Of a DNA stretch of 64,000 nucleotides, positions 8,450 to 17,335 are shown piece by piece. Under the pieces are notes generated by a model that was not told the origin of the DNA, did not search any database, and saw only the letters and a program-made list of their open reading frames with translations. Numbering within the stretch: position 1 is the first letter of the stretch; every line of letters starts with the position of its first letter. Source of the DNA: Deferribacterales bacterium (GTDB lineage Bacteria; Chrysiogenota; Deferribacteres; Deferribacterales; Geovibrionaceae); NCBI GenBank assembly GCA_050251945.1, contig JBFWLW010000012.1, positions 1 to 64,000 on the forward strand, given 5' to 3'. The position numbers and the translations under genes were made by a program.

Positions 8450-8570
8450 AATGGATTGAACGTCTGTATCGTCGTTTTTTCCGCAGAAGACAGCGGAAAA
8501 TCGACACAAGACCCAGATATATCGACGGAAAACTGGTAATTCTCGACGGTTGTCGGGTGGAGAGCATGTG

Positions 8571-9056
8571 ATGAAAGAGGCAGATACAAGAGCAACGTAC
8601 GAACTCACGAGGTTGTTAATGTGGGAGCTGAAGGAAAAGAAGGGTTTCACTATCGCGGAAATAGCAGAGGCGGCGGGTTTATCTCCAAAAACCGTTGAGA
8701 AATACCCGGCGGAAGGCTGCCCGACAATGCAGACAGTAGTTGCTTGGATCAGGCATTTCCGCCCCGTTGAAACCATGAAGTATTTAGCGAAGCAGGGCGG
8801 CGGGTTATACGTCATGCTGCCCGAAAGCGGCGGGCAGGTATCAAAGATTCTTGAGGGTCTTTCCGCACTCGGGACAGAGTTCTCCGATGTAGTTTCAAGT
8901 GTAAGCAAGGCTATCAGTCCCGCCAGCGACGGCGGAAGTGAGATCACGGTCGGCGAAGCAAAAGACCTGTTGGCAGAGGTTAATCAGGTTGTTGAAAAGG
9001 CGCTCTCGTTGAGCGAGGCGTTGAAAGAGGTTATCAATGGGCGCAATAAGATATAG
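8571..9056 (+). CDS. CII-family phage regulator
   Basis: N-terminal HTH (TIAEIAEAAGLSPKTVEKY) and helical C-terminus (EFSDVV..DGGSEITVGEAKDL). Confidence 0.6.
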   Translation: MKEADTRATYELTRLLMWELKEKKGFTIAEIAEAAGLSPKTVEKYPAEGCPTMQTVVAWIRHFRPVETMKYLAKQGGGLYVMLPESGGQVSKILEGLSALGTEFSDVVSSVSKAISPASDGGSEITVGEAKDLLAEVNQVVEKALSLSEALKEVINGRNKI

Positions 9057-9225
9057 CTGTTTCGTCCTTGTTTTCAGGGACAAGAAGCTTGTGTGGAAAG
9101 GCGGGATAAAAGTTTCGGCTGATGATGCCGCCGGAGCTGTTAAAGCGGCGATCCGCAAGGCTAAGTCCCTGCATCAGGGGGCTTATGTACACGTCCCAGA
9201 GAAAAACAATCCGAGGGTGTTATGA
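9037..9225 (+). CDS. Small hypothetical phage protein
   Basis: GAGG SD; overlaps both neighbours in the operon. Confidence 0.5.
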   Translation: MGAIRYSCFVLVFRDKKLVWKGGIKVSADDAAGAVKAAIRKAKSLHQGAYVHVPEKNNPRVL

Positions 9226-9542
9226 CAATCGAAACACAGATAGCGGACGCAGTGGCGGCGGCAGTGCGCCCCATGATTGAGGATGTTCGGAATCAGTTAA
9301 AGCTGATCCAGTCCGCGCCCATTTCGGAGACGTACAACCCTGATAGGTTGTACACAGACATAGAAGCGTCGGAACTGTTGAAAGTACCCGTTCAGACACT
9401 CAGAATGTGGCGCTCTGAAAAACGCGAGGTGCCTTTTGTAAAACTCGGTTCGTCTGCACGTTACAGAGCTAAAGATATCCGCGCATATCTCGACAGATCA
9501 ACGATGAAAATTGTTGACGAAAAAGGGCGAGTGAGGGGTTGA
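9222..9542 (+). CDS. Excisionase-like winged-helix protein
   Basis: LYTDIEASELLKVPVQTLRMWR..PFVKLGSSARYRAKDIRAYL. Confidence 0.8.
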   Translation: MTIETQIADAVAAAVRPMIEDVRNQLKLIQSAPISETYNPDRLYTDIEASELLKVPVQTLRMWRSEKREVPFVKLGSSARYRAKDIRAYLDRSTMKIVDEKGRVRG

Positions 9543-9997
9543 CGATGAGATGTACAGAAGACCTTTTCAGATTGATAGCACCTACGGAAACTGAATATTA
9601 CTGGCTCATGAACTGGCTGGCAGTGAGATACCAGACCGACGAACTGTCGGATGTGGTTGTAAAAATTACCGGAGACGACGGCGGCGCGCTTTCAGCAATC
9701 CTTGAAATGCTGCTGGGGGAAGTTTTTGGACGCGGAATCAACGTCCTGCGGCTGCACGAACAGCAGATAACATATATCGCACATAAGCGCCGTCAGAACG
9801 TGATCATTGTAGAGCAGTGGTACGATGAGCAGATAAATGGCATACGCAAACCGATTCAGGTTTTCAATGTTCTCCGCTGCCCTGCTTTCACGCTCGCGTT
9901 TATTGAGTGCCTCCACGACGAACTTACGGCGTTCAAAGAGTTTCTGCAATCATACGAAACAGATATGACAATTTATAGCACAAGGGGTGTGGCATGA
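9539..9997 (+). CDS. Degenerate SF3 helicase paralogue with broken Walker A
   Basis: YYWLMNWLAVRYQT..GDDGGALS aligns by eye to YYAWFMNWLAGFFQT..GDQGSGKS of 11599-13101. Confidence 0.7.
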   Translation: MTMRCTEDLFRLIAPTETEYYWLMNWLAVRYQTDELSDVVVKITGDDGGALSAILEMLLGEVFGRGINVLRLHEQQITYIAHKRRQNVIIVEQWYDEQINGIRKPIQVFNVLRCPAFTLAFIECLHDELTAFKEFLQSYETDMTIYSTRGVA

Positions 9998-10536
9998 CAC
10001 AGCACGCATTCAACATAGCTGACTATCCTGTGGATTTTGCAAAGTTTAAGGGGATTGTAGAAGCCTTGGCACGTGTGATGCGTGACCCGCATAGCGTCCT
10101 GACACCAAGATACGTGAGTAGCTGTTCGCCAGCGATACGTGTCCCTCATAGTGTCCCGACCTCCGCTTTGGTTATGTGGTTTATTTATTGGTCTGCATGT
10201 TCAATACAAAACCGTAAAGTTTGCAAGCTTAATATAATTGATAATCAGTATCTCTTTTATGATTTTATTATATGCCTCGGTCTTGCTTTTCCGCATTGTA
10301 AAAACATAACTTATTTGAGGGAAAGGCAATATTGCCGTTCTATTGCCGATGTTGAAATCATAGGCGACTGGGCTGACTATTTGGGCATTATAGAGTTTGG
10401 CGCTGATGAATTTGTATGTTTAAGAACGTATTTAAGATGCGTCAGCACAAACGACATCCCGCGCTCATACTCCCACGACGACAGTTATCTTGATGTTGTA
10501 GAACATCTCAAATCCCAGCCGTCGGTGTTCGCATGA
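9994..10536 (+). CDS. Hypothetical protein, possibly a second more diverged helicase paralogue
   Basis: MWFIYWSACSIQN..LFYDFII resembles AWFMNWLAGFFQT..MFFEHVL; coupled start/stop codons. Confidence 0.55.
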   Translation: MTQHAFNIADYPVDFAKFKGIVEALARVMRDPHSVLTPRYVSSCSPAIRVPHSVPTSALVMWFIYWSACSIQNRKVCKLNIIDNQYLFYDFIICLGLAFPHCKNITYLRERQYCRSIADVEIIGDWADYLGIIEFGADEFVCLRTYLRCVSTNDIPRSYSHDDSYLDVVEHLKSQPSVFA

Positions 10537-11372
10537 AAATGTCAATTTCGAACGGAGACATGACATACGGCTACCGCACTGTTGATGTGCCGTTCCTGCG
10601 TCTCGTGGAGGTTACGTCTCGGTATAATTATTCTGTTGGTCTGTACAGCAACGGACACCGCCACAGAGACAATCTTGTTGGGATGTCCAGCTTGCTCATG
10701 TATGACTTTGATGATGGATATCCACTTGACGAGTGTATCGCATTTTTCGAGAGCGTAGACATCACCGCTTTTTTCGCGACAAGCCGAAACCACCAAAAGA
10801 TCAAAAGCGAGACAAAACCCGCTTGCGACCGTTACCGCCTTTTTATCCCTTTCAATCAGTCAATTGCTCTGCCCTTCGGGGAGTACCAGAGTTTCTATAT
10901 GTATATCGCCGCTCTCTTGGGGCTTGATGAGCTGAACGATCACGCGACACAAGATCCCGTACGCTTTTTCTTCCCGAACCCCGATCAGCAGACGCACCTC
11001 GTAAATACCGGACAAGTTCTTGATTTCCCTCTTCTGCGCGACAATTGGGCTGTATATAGTTCACAACAAAAGGAAATCAAACAGACAGAACAGAAAAAAC
11101 AGAAAAAGAACTGGAAACCAAATAACAGTTCTGCGGGCGGACTTAAAGAAAACGAACTTCCGAAATCCCATCCCATAGAAACAAAGAAAGGCACTTTCAG
11201 CTTTGAACATTTCGAGTATTTACGGGGAGATGAAACAGCCCCCTGCCGATGCCCTGACCCTGCGCATGCTGACCGCAACCCGTCCGCATTTGTCGGTCGG
11301 TCAAAAAGTTCCGGCGGTCTGTTTGTGAAGTGTTTGAGCTGCGGATACGCCAAATTTATGGGAGCGAAATAA
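10533..11372 (+). CDS. AEP-type primase/primase-polymerase with C-terminal zinc finger
   Basis: LMYDFDDG (DxD), TSRNHQ, RYRLFIP, D-ATQDPVRFFF; CPDPAHADRNPS..CLSC. Confidence 0.75.
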   Translation: MKMSISNGDMTYGYRTVDVPFLRLVEVTSRYNYSVGLYSNGHRHRDNLVGMSSLLMYDFDDGYPLDECIAFFESVDITAFFATSRNHQKIKSETKPACDRYRLFIPFNQSIALPFGEYQSFYMYIAALLGLDELNDHATQDPVRFFFPNPDQQTHLVNTGQVLDFPLLRDNWAVYSSQQKEIKQTEQKKQKKNWKPNNSSAGGLKENELPKSHPIETKKGTFSFEHFEYLRGDETAPCRCPDPAHADRNPSAFVGRSKSSGGLFVKCLSCGYAKFMGAK

Positions 11373-11599
11373 TGTACGTTACAGCTTTTTTTGAACAATA
11401 TCAGGGATATTGCATAGATAGCATTGGCGAAGAAATAGGCATATGTAAACCCGGCGCGAGGGTACTGGAATTGATTACATATGCGGAGCTTTTTCCTGAA
11501 CTTGATCTCGTAAATATTGATGATTTTCTGGCCTATTGCAAAGCCACGGGCGAACAACCTGCGGCGGTGATAATAAACACGTTTACGCGGGAGTGGTAA
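11372..11599 (+). CDS. Hypothetical phage protein
   Basis: TAATG coupling at both ends, between primase and helicase. Confidence 0.55.
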   Translation: MYVTAFFEQYQGYCIDSIGEEIGICKPGARVLELITYAELFPELDLVNIDDFLAYCKATGEQPAAVIINTFTREW

Positions 11600-13101
11600 T
11601 GTCGGACGAAAAAAAGCAGGGAAAGAAAAAACCGTTCAATCACGAGATGCTCCCTCTTGAACAAGGGAAAAAGTATCTTCTGGATATAAAGCGGAAACAG
11701 TCTTTCAGCAAGTTTGTTGTAAATAACTGGCTTCGGGAGATGATAGACCGCGACATTGAAGATTTGGAAGAAGTCGAAAATCTAGTGTTGAGGCGTATTT
11801 TCAAACATGGAGCGGCGATCTGGTTGTCTCCCGAAGGCAACATAGTTTATCGCCCATCGGTTGATGCAGACCCTATAGAATTAAGCAGTGATGAACGTGC
11901 GAAACGCGTTTTCTGTTCGATGATGAAAGAGAAAAATATCAAGCTGTTCAAAGGGTTCACCGACAAGGACGGCGTACATCATAAAGCAGATATTCAAGCG
12001 CAGGAGCTTCTTGTAGTCTCAGATGAATTTACACCGTTCGCGGCTTCTGAGTTTTATGTGAAAGATGGCCTCTGGAAGCGTACAAGTTTCCGCCCCACAT
12101 CTTTTATGCTGATTAACAAGCCTACAAAATTTCCGTATCCAGAGAACATAGACAAGCTGATCCAGAACTTATGTAACAACAACGCTGATTATTACGCGTG
12201 GTTTATGAACTGGCTTGCTGGTTTCTTTCAAACTCTTCAAAAATCCCACGTTGCGGTCGTTATGCGCGGTGATCAGGGTTCCGGTAAATCAATGTTTTTT
12301 GAACATGTATTGATGCCGTTATTCGGCGAAAAGCATTGTGTTGTTGTTGATCAGGCCCGTATCGAATCCCAGTTTAAAAACTGGATACAGAATGTACTGT
12401 TTTACAATCTGAACGAAGTCGCTGTGGATATGAAAGGCAGAAAATATCTGAAAAACTTTCTGAAACAGCTTGTAACAGATACCACTGTTCAAGCTGAACT
12501 TAAACACAAAGATGCCGCTGTTGTCCCGATATACGGCAATATATACATCACATCAAACGAGGCGCTTCCTGTTGAGATAGAGCCGTCCGACAGGCGTTTC
12601 ACGGTATTCCAGACCGGAGGATCGCTCAGAAAAATGGGCTGGAACACGGCGGAACTTGTAACAAACATCCAATCGGAGCTTGTGAATTTTGCGAAATTGC
12701 TGAAGACGATGCGTGTAGATTGGGAGATGTACAACACAGCACTTGATACACCGGAAAAAAGAGCAATTCAGAGCGGTACAAACAGTAAACTTTCACTCTT
12801 TATTCAAGCGCTGCTCGGCAAAGATATCCTCTATTTTGCGGAGCTGGCGGACATCGGCAATACGGAATCGGAAAGAGAGAATAACAAGGAACTACACAAA
12901 CGTTTCACAGAGCAAATCACGAAAGGGAAGCTTAAGCAAGACGACCTGATTAAAGCTTATAAAGAGCTTCACGACGTTGATCACAGCAGTAAAAAAGTAA
13001 TGGAAAATATGCGTATGCTTGAGCCCGTTATATTTGCGAAAGAAAAGTTTCAGAGCAGTAACGGCGGCAAATGGCTAACGTTTCCATGGGGTGAAGAATG
13101 A
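11599..13101 (+). CDS. SF3 (D5-like/DUF5906) replicative helicase
   Basis: Walker A GDQGSGKS, LNEV Walker B, ITSNE motif C, SDRRF arginine finger. Confidence 0.88.
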   Translation: MSDEKKQGKKKPFNHEMLPLEQGKKYLLDIKRKQSFSKFVVNNWLREMIDRDIEDLEEVENLVLRRIFKHGAAIWLSPEGNIVYRPSVDADPIELSSDERAKRVFCSMMKEKNIKLFKGFTDKDGVHHKADIQAQELLVVSDEFTPFAASEFYVKDGLWKRTSFRPTSFMLINKPTKFPYPENIDKLIQNLCNNNADYYAWFMNWLAGFFQTLQKSHVAVVMRGDQGSGKSMFFEHVLMPLFGEKHCVVVDQARIESQFKNWIQNVLFYNLNEVAVDMKGRKYLKNFLKQLVTDTTVQAELKHKDAAVVPIYGNIYITSNEALPVEIEPSDRRFTVFQTGGSLRKMGWNTAELVTNIQSELVNFAKLLKTMRVDWEMYNTALDTPEKRAIQSGTNSKLSLFIQALLGKDILYFAELADIGNTESERENNKELHKRFTEQITKGKLKQDDLIKAYKELHDVDHSSKKVMENMRMLEPVIFAKEKFQSSNGGKWLTFPWGEE

Positions 13102-13445
13102 TGCTTGGCGACCATTTCAAACAAATTCTTGATGATGCCGCTGCGCGTGAGATTTTCATCGGCGAACTCCATGGCGGAAAGTGCAAATGCCCCGATTGCG
13201 GAGAGCTTCTCGGAAACATACAACGGTTTAAAGCGGGAAAGAAAGTGAATTGCGTTCGTTGTGGAAAATGGTTCAACTATGCAACCGGAACGTTTCTTTC
13301 CGGCGTTAAAATGAGCCCCGCAGTGCTGATGTCTCTGCTGATAATGCTGGACGAGGGGGTCGCCGACGAAACGATAAGCCGTTTGCTTGGGATATCTCTT
13401 GAAACTATCAGGTTGTGGCGTGTTCGCCGGAGGGAAAACGTATGA
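13098..13445 (+). CDS. Zinc-ribbon + HTH DNA-binding protein
   Basis: CPDCG..CVRCGKWFNYATGTFLSG then ISRLLGISLETIRLW. Confidence 0.7.
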   Translation: MMLGDHFKQILDDAAAREIFIGELHGGKCKCPDCGELLGNIQRFKAGKKVNCVRCGKWFNYATGTFLSGVKMSPAVLMSLLIMLDEGVADETISRLLGISLETIRLWRVRRRENV

Positions 13446-14107
13446 GCATCGAAGAGCAGGCGTTAAAACTCATCGATGAGCTGAAAGAACATGAAGCCGA
13501 ATTGCTTTCAACCGCTCTCATTGCGTATCAGAACGCGCGCACGGGGGCAAAAGAAAACGGCAAAACGGCAAATGTGAAGGCTTTGGAAGCTGCTACCCGC
13601 CAATTGCAACGGCTTCTTGAAAAGCATACGAATATGGAATCGTTTAAAAACACAGCCGCCGTGCATAAATATCTGGTTGATATGGGTTACAAGGTGAGTA
13701 AACGCTCGCTTTATAATCACATCGATAGCGGAGCTTTAAAGCTTATGTCGGGAAAATATCTGAAATCAGATGTGGACGCATACGCGGAAAATCATCTCAC
13801 ACTCAAAGAAGGCAGCGGCGGCTATGCGGAACAGAAAATTCAGGCGGAAATCGAACAGAAAAATGTAAGGACTGAGTTGATCAAAATAGAACTTGATCAA
13901 AAACGTGGGCTGCTGGTTGAGCGCGATAAAGTCGGTCAGGAGTTTGCGGCTAGAATAGCCACTCTTGCTGCTGATCTTGATCGTAGCGCGGATGTTATAT
14001 CTTTGCTGATAGTGGGCAAAAGCTCGGCAGAGGTAAGAAAAATAATCAGAGAACAACATATGCACGTAATGAGTAAATACGCTCAAAAGCTGGAGAGTGT
14101 GAAATGA
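13442..14107 (+). CDS. Putative terminase small subunit
   Basis: HTH (GYKVSKRSLYNHI) and Nu1-like ELDQKRGLLVERDKV; overlaps the terL start. Confidence 0.7.
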   Translation: MSIEEQALKLIDELKEHEAELLSTALIAYQNARTGAKENGKTANVKALEAATRQLQRLLEKHTNMESFKNTAAVHKYLVDMGYKVSKRSLYNHIDSGALKLMSGKYLKSDVDAYAENHLTLKEGSGGYAEQKIQAEIEQKNVRTELIKIELDQKRGLLVERDKVGQEFAARIATLAADLDRSADVISLLIVGKSSAEVRKIIREQHMHVMSKYAQKLESVK

Positions 14108-15951
14108 TATCTCTGATAGATGCCCTGAGGGTTGAATATCATCATATCGAACAGGCCGATCATGAGATTGAGGAATATTTCGAGGCGGAATATATCTCAG
14201 CTCTCCCCGGCGACGACATGACATGTTCCGAATGGGCAGAGAGATACCGCATAGTTGCAAGCGGTACCAGCGCCGTTTCAGGCCCGTGGTCAAACGATCT
14301 GTACCCGCACACAGCAGGTATCATGGACGCGTTGTCGTCCGGTGCAGTCGCGGAATGTATGATTGTCGGCGGTACGCAGTTGTCGAAGACCGAAGTCTAT
14401 AATAATTATTGCGGCTATCGTATACACAAACACCCGGTCTCAATCATGCTTACGATGCCGACAGAAGACAAAGCGAAGGAGCTTTTCGACGATCGACTGT
14501 ATCCGATGATACGCAATGCAAAAGACGGCATACTCAACAAACTCTGTATCTTCGCGGGAGACCGTGATCTTAGCTATGTAAACGGAAACTTTTATCTGTC
14601 GTGGGCAACGTCCGCGTCGACACTTTCGACCCGCCCCATTGAAGTTGCGATCATTGATGAAGAAGACGAAATGAAGCCTCTAAAGGACTATGGACACCCT
14701 GTTGATCTGGTTCGTGAGCGTCTTAAAGCATCACCAAACGGAATATTGATCAGGGTCGGCAAGCCCATGAGTTCCACGGGAATAATCGCGGCGGCAAGAG
14801 CCGCCGATTATATGTTTCTTCGTTACGTCCCATGCCCGCATTGCGGCGGGGAATTTGTGTTTGAACTGGAGGGTTTGCAACCCCGCAATATTCCGTTGTC
14901 GCAATTTAAGGGCAACGCTTACTATGTTTGCCCCCATTGCGAAGATCGCATAACAGAGAGAGACCGCAGGGCTATGCTTTCCGAAGGTGTGTGGCGAACA
15001 AATGAGGGCGACCTGCTGGAAGATGTTTTGGAAAACGGTGAAAGGCTTACAATATCTTTTCATATAAGTTCTTTTTATGCTCCGTTCATCAGCTTTGACG
15101 AAATGCTGAAAACATACCTGACAGCAAAATCATTGGGGTCTGCAAAGCTCCGCGTGTTCTATGAAGGTTGGCTCGGTATCAACTATGACAGTATCTCGGC
15201 ATTTGACGAAGACAGTATAACAATTATTTTTGACCGTCGAGAAGACTACACTTACGAGCTTTTGCCGTCGGGCGTTTGCGTGTTGACGGCGGCGGTGGAC
15301 GTTCAAGCGAACAGGCTTGAGGTGCTGATAAAAGGCTGGGGCAGAAATTACGAAAACTGGCACATACGCCATGAAGTTATCAGCGGCTCATATAGATCAA
15401 ATATACCGTGGGACGGGCTTGACAGGCTGCTGGCTCATAGATACCCGCATCCGTGCGGTATTGCGTTTCCGGTTCTCTGCACTGTCGTAGATTCGTCCGC
15501 ATTTACAGAGTACGTCTATAAATACACTAAGCCGCGCGAAAAGCTCAATATATTCTCTGTCAAGGGTGCAAGTACAACTGAGGGCCCCATTGTGGGCAAA
15601 CACACGCTCGCAGGAAATCAGAAAACAAAACTGTATATCGTAAACGTACACCAGCTTAAAACAAACATCTTTGATAACTTGCGCGACACTGCCGAATTTC
15701 ACACCGGAAAAGCGGCGGCTGGTGTAATCGGTTTCATGCATTACAACGAGCAGTGCGATCAGCGCTATTTTGAACAATTGACATCCGAAAAACTAATAGG
15801 CTCCGGCAAACAAGCTCATTACGAACTTATACCGGGTCGGCGCAATGAAATATTGGATATGACCGGATACAACGAAGCTGCGCTTCACATATCCGAGGTG
15901 AACATAAATGAAATGGCTGAACTGATCAGAATCAAAGGAGGGGCAGCGTGA
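14104..15951 (+). CDS. Terminase large subunit, lambda GpA family
   Basis: SEWAERYR, GPW, TQLSKTE Walker A variant, AIIDEED, VPCPHCG, LTAAVDVQ, RRNEILD. Confidence 0.92.
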   Translation: MISLIDALRVEYHHIEQADHEIEEYFEAEYISALPGDDMTCSEWAERYRIVASGTSAVSGPWSNDLYPHTAGIMDALSSGAVAECMIVGGTQLSKTEVYNNYCGYRIHKHPVSIMLTMPTEDKAKELFDDRLYPMIRNAKDGILNKLCIFAGDRDLSYVNGNFYLSWATSASTLSTRPIEVAIIDEEDEMKPLKDYGHPVDLVRERLKASPNGILIRVGKPMSSTGIIAAARAADYMFLRYVPCPHCGGEFVFELEGLQPRNIPLSQFKGNAYYVCPHCEDRITERDRRAMLSEGVWRTNEGDLLEDVLENGERLTISFHISSFYAPFISFDEMLKTYLTAKSLGSAKLRVFYEGWLGINYDSISAFDEDSITIIFDRREDYTYELLPSGVCVLTAAVDVQANRLEVLIKGWGRNYENWHIRHEVISGSYRSNIPWDGLDRLLAHRYPHPCGIAFPVLCTVVDSSAFTEYVYKYTKPREKLNIFSVKGASTTEGPIVGKHTLAGNQKTKLYIVNVHQLKTNIFDNLRDTAEFHTGKAAAGVIGFMHYNEQCDQRYFEQLTSEKLIGSGKQAHYELIPGRRNEILDMTGYNEAALHISEVNINEMAELIRIKGGAA

Positions 15952-16148
15952 ACGGAGTGAAAAAAAATGTAAATCTAACACCGAAAGAAGCGGCGGACAT
16001 CATTAATTGTTCTGTGTCTACCGTTTACAGATATATAGCCGAGGGACACCTCTCGGCATTCAAAAGACCGGGGCGGAACGGTAGCTGGCTGATCCCCGAC
16101 AGCAGTGTACATGCATTTTTGGCAGAGTGCCGGAGAGCGGGCGAATGA
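15948..16148 (+). CDS. Second excisionase-like HTH protein
   Basis: LTPKEAADIINCSVSTVYRYIAEGHLSAFK. Confidence 0.8.
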   Translation: MNGVKKNVNLTPKEAADIINCSVSTVYRYIAEGHLSAFKRPGRNGSWLIPDSSVHAFLAECRRAGE

Positions 16149-16366
16149 TGAATCTTGACGTGATTATGTGGGCGCTGACGATTTTGTCGGTTGTCGGTGT
16201 GGTTTTGAATATCCACAAAAGCCAGTGGTGCTTTGCTGTCTGGTGCGGTACCAATGCGGGCTGGGCAATCATAGATTATCGCGCGGGACTGTATCAGCAA
16301 GCGGCTTTGTTTGTTTTATATTTCGCCCTCTCTCTGTGGGGGCTGATCAAGTGGAGGCGGGCATGA
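16145..16366 (+). CDS. Small 3-TM PnuC-like membrane protein
   Basis: WALTILSVVGVVLNI..FAVWCGTNAGW..GLYQQAALFVLYFALSLWGLIKW. Confidence 0.65.
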   Translation: MMNLDVIMWALTILSVVGVVLNIHKSQWCFAVWCGTNAGWAIIDYRAGLYQQAALFVLYFALSLWGLIKWRRA

Positions 16367-16578
16367 CAAAGAAAACCGCGCTGAAACGCATAGTAAATGG
16401 TGGCGCTGTTGTTCACCCGGCGTTTGATGGGTGTTTCTATTACAACGAACATAGCGTCCGGCCTATTCGTTTTATCCCCGAAAAGGGGAACGAACGGGAC
16501 GGAGTGTTACTGTTTTTCAGTCCCGCCAGCGAAACGAGAACAGGTTGGGAAGAGTTAAAACAAGGAGGAATGAAATGA
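16363..16578 (+). CDS. Hypothetical phage protein
   Basis: GGAGG SD, ATGA overlap with the upstream gene. Confidence 0.5.
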   Translation: MTKKTALKRIVNGGAVVHPAFDGCFYYNEHSVRPIRFIPEKGNERDGVLLFFSPASETRTGWEELKQGGMK

Positions 16579-16624
16579 CGGAAACAGAACTTTATAAAGA
16601 AATAGAAGCCCTCAAGGGCGAGGG

Positions 16625-16912
16625 GTGACGGAGATGGAAACATATCATATTCGGCATTTTTTAAATAAAGAAGGAAATTTGGCAACTTCTCAAATAACAG
16701 CATTTTATGGTGAAGTTCCATATGAAACTTCCGAAGGTGAGACGAAATATTACGTTGAAAAATCTTTACGCATTTCGGATTGCTCAAAAACCATTCGTAT
16801 TCATGAGACTTACGGCAAACCGAGTCAGGATTTTGTAGACAAGCTGAGACTGATAGCAAAAACCTGTAATGATTTCGCAGACCATCTTGATTCGATAAAA
16901 CAAGGGCGGTGA
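16625..16912 (+). CDS. Hypothetical phage protein
   Basis: ORF within the co-oriented operon. Confidence 0.55.
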   Translation: MTEMETYHIRHFLNKEGNLATSQITAFYGEVPYETSEGETKYYVEKSLRISDCSKTIRIHETYGKPSQDFVDKLRLIAKTCNDFADHLDSIKQGR

Positions 16913-17311
16913 GTGATGGGATTCTTAAATAAAGTCATACTGCTCGGCAATGTCACACGCAACCCCGAGGTGCGGTTCATACCCGGACGCGACCTGCCTG
17001 TTGCCAAATTCGGATTGGCAGTCACAAGGAAAACAAAAGACAGAGAAGAGACTTGTTTCATCGGCATAGTGACTTTCGGCAAGACCGCAGAAATGTGTGG
17101 TGAGTACATCACAAAGGGTATGCCCCTGCTCATCGAAGGCAGACTTCAATATAGCACATGGGAACACGAAGGTCAGAAGCGTTCAAAACATGAGGTGGTT
17201 GCCGAGAACATCCAATTCGTGAGCCGCAAGGACAAAGGCGGCAAACCCGCGGACGATGCGCCGGATTCCGCGAGCGGCGGCGGTGTGGACGAAGACGATA
17301 TCCCGTTTTAA
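16913..17311 (+). CDS. ssb: Single-stranded DNA-binding protein
   Basis: LNKVILLGNVTRNPEVR..IEGRLQ..acidic DDIPF tail. Confidence 0.95.
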   Translation: MMGFLNKVILLGNVTRNPEVRFIPGRDLPVAKFGLAVTRKTKDREETCFIGIVTFGKTAEMCGEYITKGMPLLIEGRLQYSTWEHEGQKRSKHEVVAENIQFVSRKDKGGKPADDAPDSASGGGVDEDDIPF

Positions 17312-17335
17312 CAGAAGAGGAACGGCGAGGCAAAC

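Noticed and set aside
8915..8930. 16-bp match TCAGTCCCGCCAGCGA recurring near 16517
   Set aside because: Both copies lie inside coding frames and encode the same short peptide; no supporting context.
13098..13445. Active IS1595/IS1 insertion
   Set aside because: No DDE domain, terminal IRs or target duplication seen; translationally coupled to phage genes.
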